A DNA stretch of 32,000 nucleotides from Mycolicibacterium smegmatis (lineage in GTDB: Bacteria; Actinomycetota; Actinomycetes; Mycobacteriales; Mycobacteriaceae), in assembly GCF_001457595.1 (NCBI RefSeq), contig NZ_LN831039.1, forward strand, positions 3,270,001-3,302,000, in the 5' to 3' direction. The translations under genes were made by a program, and so were the position numbers. Positions 8,848 through 22,582 of this stretch are shown in pieces (positions within the stretch are counted from its first letter, which is position 1; every line of letters begins with the position of its first letter). Under the pieces are notes generated by a model that saw only the letters and a program-made list of their open reading frames with translations, was not told the origin of the DNA and did no database searches.

Positions 8848-8897
8848 GTGTTCACTCCTCGCAACCGACCTGTGTCACCGATCGTCTTACCGGTGCG

Positions 8898-11783
<2,886 letters not shown>

Positions 11784-11786
11784 CTA

Positions 11787-11792
11787 ACAGTA
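11787..11792 (-). promoter_or_regulatory. putative acn -10 hexamer TACTGT
   Basis: TANNNT match on minus strand about 57 nt upstream of the GTG start. Confidence 0.3.
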
Positions 11793-11979
11793 CGCTTGTC
11801 CTGCATAACGCCCAGGTCACGTCCAGTCTTCCCCTCTCGCACCCGCCCTGTCATCCCCGCGGGCCGTTCGCCGGAGATCGTCTGTCGGGCGTCGGTTTTC
11901 GGCCCGACCGGGTCCGGGGGCGTGGGCGCCGATACCGTTTCGATGCGGTGTCGGTTCCCGATGTCGCGCGATCACGGCG

Positions 11980-11985
11980 TACCGT
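11980..11985 (+). promoter_or_regulatory. putative -10 hexamer TACCGT, 6 nt before GTG 11992 (predicted leaderless)
   Basis: TACCGT-gcccgt-GTG. Confidence 0.5.
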
Positions 11986-11991
11986 GCCCGT

Positions 11992-12594
11992 GTGACCGGA
12001 CCGCATGTGATCCCGTTCCTGCCGGCCTACATCCCGGTGGAGATCTGCGACATCGCCGGAATCGACCCGGCCGTCCCGGACGCGGTCGCCCAGTGCATGG
12101 CGGCCGTGCAGGCCGATGTGCGCGAGGACGGCGTGAGCGCGCCGCCCGAGGCCGTCGAGGGCCTGCGTCAGGTGGTCGCCGACGCGCGCGAGGCCGGTAT
12201 CGACCTCAAGATCGTTGCGATCCCACGCAACCCCGTCATCGACACTCCGCTGCGCGACATCGCGACCGAGGTGGGGCAGGAGAACCCCGGGGCAACCGTG
12301 CTCGCGGTTAGCCCGTCATTCGCGGGCACGTACAGCACGTCTTTCGACCGGGTCACTCTGGAGGCCGGACAGGACGTCGCCAAGACCGGTGATCCCGTGC
12401 TGTCGGCGAACAATTTCCTCGCCGAGATACAGAAGCCCGATTTCCCCTGGATGACGCTCACGATCGTGCTCGTTCTCGGCGTCGCGGCAGCGGCCGCGCT
12501 CACGCGCGTATTACAGGTTCGCAGCAAAGCTTTGGCCTCTTCGGGTGAGCGTGACGGCCAATCTGTAGGCGACGCAACGTCAATCGAACATTAG
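11992..12594 (+). CDS. conserved membrane-anchored protein (Rv1476-like)
   Basis: Soluble N-terminal domain with TPM-like pattern, then a single C-terminal TM 'WMTLTIVLVLGVAAAAALTRVL'. Position between acn and ripA matches mycobacterial synteny. Confidence 0.83.
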   Translation: MTGPHVIPFLPAYIPVEICDIAGIDPAVPDAVAQCMAAVQADVREDGVSAPPEAVEGLRQVVADAREAGIDLKIVAIPRNPVIDTPLRDIATEVGQENPGATVLAVSPSFAGTYSTSFDRVTLEAGQDVAKTGDPVLSANNFLAEIQKPDFPWMTLTIVLVLGVAAAAALTRVLQVRSKALASSGERDGQSVGDATSIEH

Positions 12595-12615
12595 TTCGGA
12601 ATAACTCCGAATATC

Positions 12616-12625
12616 ACCAATTGGT
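12616..12625. promoter_or_regulatory. 10-bp perfect palindrome ACCAATTGGT in AT-rich ripA upstream region
   Basis: Read directly; flanked by AATATC (12610-12615) and GATATT (12629-12634). Confidence 0.4.
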
Positions 12626-12637
12626 CACGATATTCTC

Positions 12638-12655
12638 AATTACAATTTTGTAATT
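12638..12655. promoter_or_regulatory. 8+8 inverted repeat AATTACAA-tt-TTGTAATT upstream of ripA
   Basis: Perfect arms; unusually AT-rich for this genome. Confidence 0.5.
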
Positions 12656-12689
12656 TGTGACTAAAGTTTCTTTAGCGTCAGTTGTGACG

Positions 12690-12695
12690 TACGGT
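12690..12695 (+). promoter_or_regulatory. putative ripA -10 hexamer TACGGT
   Basis: TANNNT about 103 nt upstream of the ripA ATG, directly after the second TTGTGAC (12682-12688). Confidence 0.3.
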
Positions 12696-12798
12696 TCATT
12701 CGGTGCCAATTGTTGTAGATGAGCTTCGTGTGACTTCTGCGCAAGGTGCCTGGCAAATCTGCCGGTAGGCCGAGGCTGAGCCATAGGAGACCTGTCGA

Positions 12799-14292
12799 AT
12801 GAGACGTACCGTCCGCGCTCTGGCGACCCGTGTGCACGGTCGCGTGTGCGCCGTCCCACTCGTCGTCGGGATGCTTCTGGCAACGGCGCTGTACGGCGGG
12901 GGCCCCGCCGCCGCCGATCCGGCCGCTCCCGACAACCTCGCCACGCTCGTCGCGAAGGTCGCCTCTGCCGATCAGAAGCTGCAGGAACTCGGTGCGGCGA
13001 TCCAGACACAGCAGGAGACGGTCAACAAGGCGATCGTCGACGTCCAGGCCGCGCGTGACGCCGCGGCCGCGGCGCAGCGCGAACTTGAGGCCGGCCAACG
13101 CGGTGTCGCCGACGCCAACGCGGCCATCGAGGCCGCGCAGAAGCGCTTCGACTCGTTCGCGGCCGCGACCTACATGAACGGGCCGTCGCGGTCCTATCTC
13201 ACGGCGACCGATCCCGCCGACATCGTCAACACGACCGCCACCGGTCAGGCGCTCATCGCGAGCTCACAGCAGGTCATGGCCAAGCTGCAACGCGCGCGCA
13301 CCGAACAGGTGAACCGGGAATCCGCGGCGCGCCTGGCCAAGGAGAAGGCCGATCAGGCCGCACGCGACGCCGAGAGCAGCCAGGACAACGCCGTCGCCGC
13401 GCTCAAGCAGGCCCAGCAGACGTTCAACGCCCAGCAAGGTGAGCTGGAACGCCTGGCCGCCGAGCGGGCGGCCGCACAGGCCGAACTCGACTCGGTCCGC
13501 AAGGTCAGTGCGACCGGCAACGCGGCTCCCGCAGCGGCACCGGCGGCCGCACCCGCGCCGGCGGCCGCACCCGCGCCGGTGCCCAATTCGGCGCCCGCGC
13601 CGGTGCCTGGTGCACAGCCGAATCCCCAAGCCGCCGCCGGAAATTGGGACCGGGCCCCGTCCGGGCCGGCGCCGTCCGGGCAGAACTGGGCCGTGTGGGA
13701 CCCGACCCTGCCTGCGATCCCGAGCGCGTTCGTCAGCGGTGACCCCATCGCGATCATCAACGCCGTGCTCGGCATCGCGTCGACCTCGGCGCAGGTGACC
13801 GCGGACATGGGCCGTTCGTTCCTGCAGAAGCTCGGAATCCTGCCCACGCCCACCGGTTTCACCAACGGCGCCATTCCGCGGGTCTACGGCCGCGAGGCCG
13901 TCGAGTACGTGATCCGGCGCGGCATGTCGCAGATCGGTGTGCCCTACTCGTGGGGCGGCGGCAACGCGGCCGGCCCGAGCCGCGGCATCGACTCGGGTGC
14001 GGGCACCGTCGGCTTCGACTGCTCGGGTCTGATGCTCTACATGTTCGCCGGCGTCGGCATCAAGCTCGACCACTACTCGGGCTCCCAGTACAACGCGGGC
14101 CGCAAGATCCCGTCGTCGCAGATGCGCCGCGGCGACATGATCTTCTACGGCCCGAACGCAAGCCAGCACGTCGCGATGTATCTGGGCAACGGGCAGATGC
14201 TCGAGGCCCCTTACACCGGCTCGCACGTGAAAGTCTCGCCGGTGCGTACCAGCGGTATGACCCCGTACGTCACCCGGCTCATCGAATACTGA
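12799..14292 (+). CDS. ripA: peptidoglycan endopeptidase RipA (NlpC/P60)
   Basis: Signal peptide, coiled-coil N-terminal domain, Pro/Ala linker, NlpC/P60 core 'GTVGFDCSGLMLYMFAGVGIKLDHYSGSQYNAG...GDMIFYGPNASQHVAMYLGNGQMLEAP'. RBS aggaga at 12785-12790. Confidence 0.95.
   Translation: MRRTVRALATRVHGRVCAVPLVVGMLLATALYGGGPAAADPAAPDNLATLVAKVASADQKLQELGAAIQTQQETVNKAIVDVQAARDAAAAAQRELEAGQRGVADANAAIEAAQKRFDSFAAATYMNGPSRSYLTATDPADIVNTTATGQALIASSQQVMAKLQRARTEQVNRESAARLAKEKADQAARDAESSQDNAVAALKQAQQTFNAQQGELERLAAERAAAQAELDSVRKVSATGNAAPAAAPAAAPAPAAAPAPVPNSAPAPVPGAQPNPQAAAGNWDRAPSGPAPSGQNWAVWDPTLPAIPSAFVSGDPIAIINAVLGIASTSAQVTADMGRSFLQKLGILPTPTGFTNGAIPRVYGREAVEYVIRRGMSQIGVPYSWGGGNAAGPSRGIDSGAGTVGFDCSGLMLYMFAGVGIKLDHYSGSQYNAGRKIPSSQMRRGDMIFYGPNASQHVAMYLGNGQMLEAPYTGSHVKVSPVRTSGMTPYVTRLIEY
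13543..13578 (+). repeat. two perfect tandem copies of an 18-bp unit GCGGCCGCACCCGCGCCG in the RipA Pro/Ala linker
   Basis: Copies at 13543-13560 and 13561-13578, encoding part of 'APAAAPAAAPAPAAAPAPVPNSAPAPVP'. Confidence 0.85.
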
Positions 14293-14302
14293 TGGGATTA
14301 CT

Positions 14303-15001
14303 TTGCGCTCCTTGGTCTTACGCGCCCTGATCGCTGTCGTCGCGGTCGCCTTCGCCGCGGTCGGTCTCGTGGCACCCGCCGGTGCCGCGCCCGAGGACGG
14401 ACAGTGGGATCCGACGCTGCCCAAGCTGATCAGCGCGGGAGCGCCCGGTGACCCGCTGGCGATCGCCAACGCGTCGCTGGAGGCCACCGCGCAGGCCACC
14501 CAGGTCACGATGGGCCTCGGTCGCAAGTTCCTCGCGAGTCTCGGTCTGGTCGAGGACACCCCGGCCGCGGCGGGCGTGGCACCGGGGCGCGTGCGGGGTC
14601 CGCAGGCCATCGAATACGTGATCCGTCGCGGCGGCACGCAGATGGGCGTGCCCTATTCATGGGGCGGCGGCAAGCCGAACGGCCCGAGTCGCGGTATCGA
14701 CTCCGGCGCGAACACCGTGGGCTTCGACTGCTCGGGTTTCACGCAGTTCTCGTTCGCCGGGGTCGGCGTGCTGATCCCCAAGTACTCGGGGGACCAGTAC
14801 AACACCGGCCGGAAGGTGCCGGTCAACCAGGCCAAGCGTGGCGACCTGCTGTTCTGGGGGCCCGGCGGCAGTCAGCACGTGGCCCTGTATCTGGGCGGCG
14901 GAAAGATGCTCGAGGCGTCCGGTAGCGCGGGCAAGGTGACCGTGAGCCCGGTGCGGATGTCGGGTCTGCAGCCGTACGCCGCCCGCATCATCGAATCCTG
15001 A
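14303..15001 (+). CDS. ripB: NlpC/P60 family endopeptidase RipB
   Basis: Signal peptide; catalytic region 'NTVGFDCSGFTQFSFAGVGVLIPKYSGDQYNTG...GDLLFWGPGGSQHVALYLGGGKMLEASG'; immediately downstream of ripA. Start codon TTG uncertain. Confidence 0.92.
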   Translation: MRSLVLRALIAVVAVAFAAVGLVAPAGAAPEDGQWDPTLPKLISAGAPGDPLAIANASLEATAQATQVTMGLGRKFLASLGLVEDTPAAAGVAPGRVRGPQAIEYVIRRGGTQMGVPYSWGGGKPNGPSRGIDSGANTVGFDCSGFTQFSFAGVGVLIPKYSGDQYNTGRKVPVNQAKRGDLLFWGPGGSQHVALYLGGGKMLEASGSAGKVTVSPVRMSGLQPYAARIIES

Positions 15002-15193
15002 GGGGAAGCTGAGCAGTTATGGCCAGCGTCGACGGATCTCGAGGTGCCTGGAATAGTTGACGTCGGGCAGGTGAGTGCCCGGTTACGACCAGCTGTTCGC
15101 CGAAGCCGGTTGCGGAGCGCCTTGGTGGCTGTGACGCACGTGCGACGGCGGCAGCGGACGTAGACAACGCAGACGACACTGTGGAGGAAGTTG

Positions 15194-16357
15194 ATGACGT
15201 CACCGAGTGGACCGCCGCAGGGCGCCGGAGGCTACCCCGGTTCGACCCCCGCGTCGGGCTTTCCGCCCGGGCCGACCGGCGCTCACGCCGCGCAGGCTAC
15301 GCCGCAGCCCGTGAACAACGGCGGTCTGCAGGCCGAGGTGCACACCCTGGAGCGCGCGATCTTCGAGGTCAAGCGCATCATCGTGGGTCAGGACCAACTC
15401 GTCGAGCGCATGCTCGTCGGCCTGCTGGCCAAGGGCCACGTCCTGCTCGAAGGTGTGCCTGGCGTCGCGAAGACGCTCGCGGTCGAGACGTTCGCGAAGG
15501 TCGTCGGCGGCACGTTCGCACGCATCCAGTTCACGCCCGACCTGGTGCCCACCGACATCGTCGGCACACGCATCTACCGGCAGGGCAAGGAGGAGTTCGA
15601 GATCGAACTCGGCCCGGCCGTGGTCAACTTCCTGCTCGCCGACGAGATCAACCGCGCGCCGGCCAAGGTGCAGTCCGCGCTGTTGGAGATCATGGCCGAG
15701 CGCAAGATCTCGATCGGCGGCCAGACGTTCCCGCTGCCCAGCCCGTTCCTGGTGATGGCGACCCAGAACCCCATCGAGCAGGAGGGCGTGTACCAGCTGC
15801 CCGAGGCCCAGCGTGACCGCTTCCTGTTCAAGCTCAACGTCGACTACCCGTCGCCCGAGGAAGAGCGCGAGATCATCTACCGGATGGGCGTCAAGCCGCC
15901 GGAGCCCAAGCAGATCCTCACCACGGGCGATCTGCTGCGCCTGCAGGACGTCGCGGCCAACACCTTCGTGCACCACGCGCTGGTGGACTACGTGGTGCGC
16001 ATCGTGACGGCCACGCGTGAGCCCGAGAAGTTCGGCATGCCCGACGCCAAGGCGTGGATCGCCTACGGCGCGTCCCCGCGTGCCTCGCTCGGCATCATCT
16101 CCGCGGCGCGCGCGCTCGCACTGGTGCGCGGCCGCGACTACGTCATCCCGCAGGATGTCGTCGAGGTCATCCCGGACGTGCTGCGTCACCGCCTCGTGCT
16201 CACCTACGACGCGCTCGCCGACGAGATCTCCTCGGAGACCGTGGTCAACCGCATCCTGCAGACGGTCGCGCTGCCGCAAGTGAATGCGCTTCCGCAGCAA
16301 GGCCATTCGGTTCCGCCCGCCGTTCCCGCCGCAGCTGCCGCGGCCAGCGGTCGGTGA
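15194..16357 (+). CDS. moxR1: MoxR-type AAA+ ATPase
   Basis: Walker A variant 'GVPGVAKT', Walker B 'FLLADEINRAPAKVQSALLEIM', 'FPLPSPFLVMATQNPIEQEGVYQLPEAQRDRFLF'. Start ATG 15194. Confidence 0.93.
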   Translation: MTSPSGPPQGAGGYPGSTPASGFPPGPTGAHAAQATPQPVNNGGLQAEVHTLERAIFEVKRIIVGQDQLVERMLVGLLAKGHVLLEGVPGVAKTLAVETFAKVVGGTFARIQFTPDLVPTDIVGTRIYRQGKEEFEIELGPAVVNFLLADEINRAPAKVQSALLEIMAERKISIGGQTFPLPSPFLVMATQNPIEQEGVYQLPEAQRDRFLFKLNVDYPSPEEEREIIYRMGVKPPEPKQILTTGDLLRLQDVAANTFVHHALVDYVVRIVTATREPEKFGMPDAKAWIAYGASPRASLGIISAARALALVRGRDYVIPQDVVEVIPDVLRHRLVLTYDALADEISSETVVNRILQTVALPQVNALPQQGHSVPPAVPAAAAAASGR

Positions 16358-17301
16358 GGCCGACAGCAGGCCGCACGGTCGACCTGCCATCGCTGCAACG
16401 CGGCGAGATCCGCGACCCCGCGCTCTCGGCCGCGCTGCGCAAGCTCGAGCTGACCGTCCGGCGCAAGCTCGACGGCGTGCTGCACGGCGACCACCTGGGT
16501 CTGCTGCCCGGCCCGGGTTCCGAACCGGGCGAGTCGCGGATGTACGAACCGGGCGACGATGTGCGCCGCATGGACTGGTCGGTGACGGCGCGCACGACGA
16601 CGCCGCACGTGCGGCAGATGATCGCCGACCGCGAGCTGGAGACCTGGCTGGTGGTCGACATGTCGGCGAGCCTCGACTTCGGCACCGCGGGCTGTGAGAA
16701 GCGCGACCTCGCCGTGGCGGCCGCCGCGGCCATCGCGTTCCTCAACAGCGGCGGAGGCAACCGGCTGGGTGCGGTGATCGCCAACGGCGACACCATGCGC
16801 CGGGTGCCCGCGCTGAGCGGCCGCATGCACGAACGTGAGCTGCTGCGGGCCATCGCGACCACCCCGAAGGCGCCGACCGGTGTGCGCGGCGATCTGGCCG
16901 CCGCGATCGACGCGCTGCGGCGCCCCGAACGGCGCCGCGGCATGGCCGTGATCATCAGCGACTTCCTCGGGCCCATCAACTGGATGCGCCCGCTGCGTGC
17001 CATCGCGGGCCGCCACGAGGTGCTCGGCATCGAGATCCTCGATCCGCGCGACGTCGAACTGCCCCCGGTGGGTGACGTGATCCTGCAGGACACCGAGACC
17101 GGTGTCACGCGCGAGTTCACCGTCGACGAGCAGTTGCGCCACGACTTCGAGCAGGCCGCGGCCGCGCACCGCGAGGAGGTGGCGCGCACGCTGCGTCGCT
17201 GTGGGGCACCGCTGCTGAGCCTGCGCACCGACCGTGACTGGATCGCCGACGTGATGCGGTTCGTGGCGAACCGCCGACGTGGGGCCCTCGCGGGCCGGTG
17301 A
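16354..17301 (+). CDS. DUF58 domain-containing protein
   Basis: 'YEPGDDVRRMDWSVTARTTTPHVRQMIADRELETWLVVDMSASLDFG' is diagnostic. GTG 16354 overlaps the moxR stop by 4 nt and is in frame; the track start at 16054 lies inside moxR and is rejected. Confidence 0.92.
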   Translation: MRPTAGRTVDLPSLQRGEIRDPALSAALRKLELTVRRKLDGVLHGDHLGLLPGPGSEPGESRMYEPGDDVRRMDWSVTARTTTPHVRQMIADRELETWLVVDMSASLDFGTAGCEKRDLAVAAAAAIAFLNSGGGNRLGAVIANGDTMRRVPALSGRMHERELLRAIATTPKAPTGVRGDLAAAIDALRRPERRRGMAVIISDFLGPINWMRPLRAIAGRHEVLGIEILDPRDVELPPVGDVILQDTETGVTREFTVDEQLRHDFEQAAAAHREEVARTLRRCGAPLLSLRTDRDWIADVMRFVANRRRGALAGR

Positions 17302-17343
17302 GCTGACACGCCCGCGCGAACATGACATACGCAACCGAAATGA

Positions 17344-19251
<1,908 letters not shown>

Positions 19252-19298
19252 TCAAAAGCCCGGACACACAAGATTTCTCGCTCACAAGGAGTCACCAA

Positions 19299-20108
19299 AT
19301 GACAGGCCTACTCGAAGGCAAGCGCATCCTCGTCACGGGGATCATCACCGATTCGTCGATCGCGTTCCACATCGCCAAGGTCGCCCAGGAGGCTGGCGCC
19401 GAACTGGTGCTGACCGGTTTCGACCGCCTGAAGTTGGTCAAGCGCATCGCCGACCGCCTGCCCAAGCCGGCCCCGCTGCTGGAACTCGACGTGCAGAACG
19501 AGGAGCACCTGTCGACTCTGGCCGACCGGATCACCGCCGAGATCGGTGAGGGCAACAAGATCGACGGTGTGGTGCACTCGATCGGGTTCATGCCGCAGAG
19601 CGGTATGGGCATCAACCCGTTCTTCGACGCGCCGTACGAGGATGTGTCCAAGGGCATCCACATCTCGGCGTACTCGTACGCCTCGCTCGCCAAAGCCGTT
19701 CTGCCGATCATGAATCCGGGCGGCGGCATCGTCGGCATGGACTTCGACCCCACGCGCGCGATGCCGGCCTACAACTGGATGACCGTCGCCAAGAGCGCGC
19801 TCGAATCGGTCAACCGGTTCGTCGCGCGTGAGGCGGGCAAGGTGGGCGTGCGCTCGAATCTCGTTGCGGCAGGACCGATCCGCACGCTGGCGATGAGCGC
19901 AATCGTGGGCGGTGCGCTGGGCGACGAGGCCGGCCAGCAGATGCAGCTGCTCGAAGAGGGCTGGGATCAGCGCGCGCCGCTGGGCTGGAACATGAAGGAT
20001 CCGACGCCCGTCGCCAAGACCGTGTGCGCACTGCTGTCGGACTGGCTGCCGGCCACCACCGGCACCGTGATCTACGCCGACGGCGGCGCCAGCACGCAGC
20101 TGTTGTGA
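19299..20108 (+). CDS. inhA: NADH-dependent enoyl-ACP reductase InhA
   Basis: '[38 protein letters not shown]', '[21 protein letters not shown]', '[24 protein letters not shown]'; 269 aa, immediately after fabG1. Confidence 0.98.
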   Translation: MTGLLEGKRILVTGIITDSSIAFHIAKVAQEAGAELVLTGFDRLKLVKRIADRLPKPAPLLELDVQNEEHLSTLADRITAEIGEGNKIDGVVHSIGFMPQSGMGINPFFDAPYEDVSKGIHISAYSYASLAKAVLPIMNPGGGIVGMDFDPTRAMPAYNWMTVAKSALESVNRFVAREAGKVGVRSNLVAAGPIRTLAMSAIVGGALGDEAGQQMQLLEEGWDQRAPLGWNMKDPTPVAKTVCALLSDWLPATTGTVIYADGGASTQLL

Positions 20109-20114
20109 TACGCC

Positions 20115-21137
20115 GTGTCGTTTGACGCCTTGCTGCTGCTGTCGTTCGGCGGGCCGGAAGCTCCCGAGCAGGTGATGCCGTTCTTGGAGAACGTCACCAG
20201 GGGCCGCGGAATCCCCAGGGAGCGGCTGGAATCGGTGGCCGAGCACTATCTGCACTTCGGCGGGGTGTCACCGATCAACGGCATCAACCGGGACCTGATC
20301 GTCGCGATCGAGGCCGAACTCGCCCGACGCGGCCGCAACCTTCCGGTCTACTTCGGCAACCGCAACTGGGAGCCGTACGTCGAAGACACTGTCAAGGCGA
20401 TGTCCGACAACGGAATCCGTCGTGCGGCGGTGTTCGCGACCTCGGCGTGGGGTGGGTACTCGGGATGCGCCCAGTACCAGGAGGACATCGCGCGTGGCCG
20501 GGCCGCCGCCGGGCCCGAGGCGCCGGAGCTGGTAAAGCTGCGCCAGTATTTCGACCACCCGCTGTTCGTCGAGATGTTCGCCGACGCCGTCGCCGACGCC
20601 GCGGCCACCCTGCCCGAGGAACTGCGGGACGAAGCGCGGCTGGTGTTCACCGCCCACTCCATCCCGCTGCGTGCCGCGTCGCGTTGCGGTGCAGATCTCT
20701 ACGAGCGGCAGGTGGGTTACGCCGCGCGGCTGGTCGCGGCCGCAGCCGGGTACCGCGAATACGACCAGGTATGGCAGTCCCGGTCCGGCCCGCCGCAGGT
20801 GCCGTGGCTCGAACCCGACGTCGGCGATCACCTTGAGGCGTTGGCGCGCAACGGCACCAGGGCGGTCATCGTGTGTCCCCTCGGCTTCGTCGCCGACCAC
20901 ATCGAGGTGGTGTGGGATCTGGACAACGAACTGGCCGAGCAGGCCGCCGAGGCAGGCATCGCGTTCGCGCGTGCCGCCACGCCCAACTCCCAGCCACGTT
21001 TTGCCCAACTTGTCGTCGACCTGATCGACGAAATGCTGCACGGACTTCCGCCACGCCGGGTCGAGGGGCCCGATCCGGTGCCCGCCTACGGCAGCAGTGT
21101 CAACGGCGCACCGTGCACGCCGGCCTGCTCGGCGTGA
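20115..21137 (+). CDS. hemH: ferrochelatase / coproporphyrin ferrochelatase
   Basis: '[31 protein letters not shown]', '[11 protein letters not shown]', '[28 protein letters not shown]'; follows inhA as in other mycobacteria. Confidence 0.95.
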   Translation: MSFDALLLLSFGGPEAPEQVMPFLENVTRGRGIPRERLESVAEHYLHFGGVSPINGINRDLIVAIEAELARRGRNLPVYFGNRNWEPYVEDTVKAMSDNGIRRAAVFATSAWGGYSGCAQYQEDIARGRAAAGPEAPELVKLRQYFDHPLFVEMFADAVADAAATLPEELRDEARLVFTAHSIPLRAASRCGADLYERQVGYAARLVAAAAGYREYDQVWQSRSGPPQVPWLEPDVGDHLEALARNGTRAVIVCPLGFVADHIEVVWDLDNELAEQAAEAGIAFARAATPNSQPRFAQLVVDLIDEMLHGLPPRRVEGPDPVPAYGSSVNGAPCTPACSA

Positions 21138-21170
21138 CCCGCCCCGGGCGCAGCGAGTCGGGCCGGGCGA

Positions 21171-22046
21171 TCAAGAACGCCAGGCGGAATGCAGGATCGC
21201 CTCGAGTGCGGCCATACGCGCCGAGCGCACCACCCGCGTGAGGGGGCGCAGCGCCGAGTCGGCGATCTGAACCTCCGACGAACTCTGCAGACCGCTCGGG
21301 ATCAGACCCGCACTCACCGCGATGATGGCGTCGACATGGGCGGCGTTCTCCAGCACCCGCACAGCCCGGGTCGGCGCGTGGTCGGGGACGCGGTGCGCGC
21401 GCCCGGCGGCGAGGATCTGCTCGACCATCCCGCGCGGATCCTCGACATCGAACCCCGCGCCTGCCCGCAGCGTGACCAGCGCATCGGCGGCCGAGCGGAC
21501 CGCGTCGCGCAGTTCGTATTCGGCCTCGCCGAGTTCGATGTACGCCCCAGGCGGGATCCGCGGCACCGAGTAGACGGTCCAGGACAGCGCACGCGGTTCC
21601 GGTTCGAACCGCGACTCGGGCTCGAACACCGAATCCAGATCGGTGTCGCCGAATTCGTCGTAGGTGAACTCCGGGACGAGTCCGACACCGTCGAGATCGT
21701 CGTGGGTGACCACCACGGCCTCGCCGACCGCGAGCGCGTCGCGCTGGAACTGTGTGCCCGCGGGAAGACCCCGCACGTCACCGGGAACGGGCTGCGCGAT
21801 GGTGATCGCGGGCATCGACGAGGTGCGCCCGACGGCGGTGCGCAGGGTCTGCAGCAGTGACATCGAGCCGGAATCCTCCAGCTCAGGCCAGGGGAGTCCG
21901 GTGCGGTCGGCCGCGGCCGAGTCGTAGGCCGTCACTGAATGCGTTGGTGCCCACAGCGATAGCGCGTCGAGGACATCGTCAGGGGCGGCGACGCCGGCCA
22001 GCCAGGCATTGGCCCACATCGACAACGTTGCACTTGGACACCACAT
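21171..22046 (-). CDS. conserved actinobacterial hypothetical protein (Rv1486c-like)
   Basis: Long minus-strand ORF with coding-like composition, convergent to hemH. Start uncertain; ATG at 22046 preferred over GTG 22070 given TACACT at 22057-22062. Confidence 0.75.
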   Translation of the reverse strand: MWCPSATLSMWANAWLAGVAAPDDVLDALSLWAPTHSVTAYDSAAADRTGLPWPELEDSGSMSLLQTLRTAVGRTSSMPAITIAQPVPGDVRGLPAGTQFQRDALAVGEAVVVTHDDLDGVGLVPEFTYDEFGDTDLDSVFEPESRFEPEPRALSWTVYSVPRIPPGAYIELGEAEYELRDAVRSAADALVTLRAGAGFDVEDPRGMVEQILAAGRAHRVPDHAPTRAVRVLENAAHVDAIIAVSAGLIPSGLQSSSEVQIADSALRPLTRVVRSARMAALEAILHSAWRS

Positions 22047-22056
22047 GATGGAAGGC

Positions 22057-22062
22057 AGTGTA
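22057..22062 (-). promoter_or_regulatory. putative -10 hexamer TACACT (minus strand), 10 nt before ATG 22046
   Basis: TANNNT match in the compact divergent intergenic region. Confidence 0.4.
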
Positions 22063-22092
22063 GTTGTCACACCTGCAAGGGGACGTATTCGC

Positions 22093-22098
22093 TAGGGT
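22093..22098 (+). promoter_or_regulatory. putative -10 hexamer TAGGGT, 6 nt before ATG 22105 (predicted leaderless)
   Basis: TAGGGT-gggcgc-ATG. Confidence 0.55.
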
Positions 22099-22104
22099 GG
22101 GCGC

Positions 22105-22539
22105 ATGCCCTACTGGCTGATCTGGCTCATTCTGGCGTTGGGTCTTGCCGGGGCGGAGGCGCTGACCGGGGACCTGTTCCTGCTGATGCTGGCCGGTGGT
22201 GCGCTCGCGGCGACCGGATCCAGCGCGTTGTTCGACTGGCCGATCTGGGCCGACGGTCTGGTGTTCCTCGTCGTGTCCGTACTGTTGCTGGTGGGCGTGA
22301 GGCCCGCGTTGCGGAAGCGTTTCGACGGCGGAAAAGGTCTGCCCGAGCCCGTGAAGGCGCTCGAGGGCAGGCCCGCGCTGGTTCTCGACCGCGTCGCGAG
22401 CCACGAAGGGCAGGTCAAGCTCGACGGCGAAGTCTGGACGGCCCGGCCGTTGAACGACGACGATGTGTACGAACCCGGCGAACACGTCACGGTGGTCCGG
22501 ATCGACGGTGCGACCGCGGTGGTGTTCAAGACGGTGTGA
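22105..22539 (+). CDS. NfeD-like membrane protein
   Basis: TM segments then an OB-fold-like C-terminus 'LEGRPALVLDRVASHEGQVKLDGEVWTARPLNDDDVYEPGEHVTVVRIDGATAVV'. Confidence 0.9.
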   Translation: MPYWLIWLILALGLAGAEALTGDLFLLMLAGGALAATGSSALFDWPIWADGLVFLVVSVLLLVGVRPALRKRFDGGKGLPEPVKALEGRPALVLDRVASHEGQVKLDGEVWTARPLNDDDVYEPGEHVTVVRIDGATAVVFKTV

Positions 22540-22582
22540 TCGAGACGCTCTGATGCAGAGCTGACCACAGGAGGGGTTACCG

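Noticed and set aside
12690-12798. ydaO/c-di-AMP riboswitch upstream of ripA
   Set aside because: I could not identify the conserved core boxes by eye; kept only as a possible unclassified structured leader.
14292-14330. Small ORF starting at the ATG overlapping the ripA stop (MGLLCAPWSYAP)
   Set aside because: Twelve codons with no RBS; the ripB frame with its signal peptide starts at TTG 14303.
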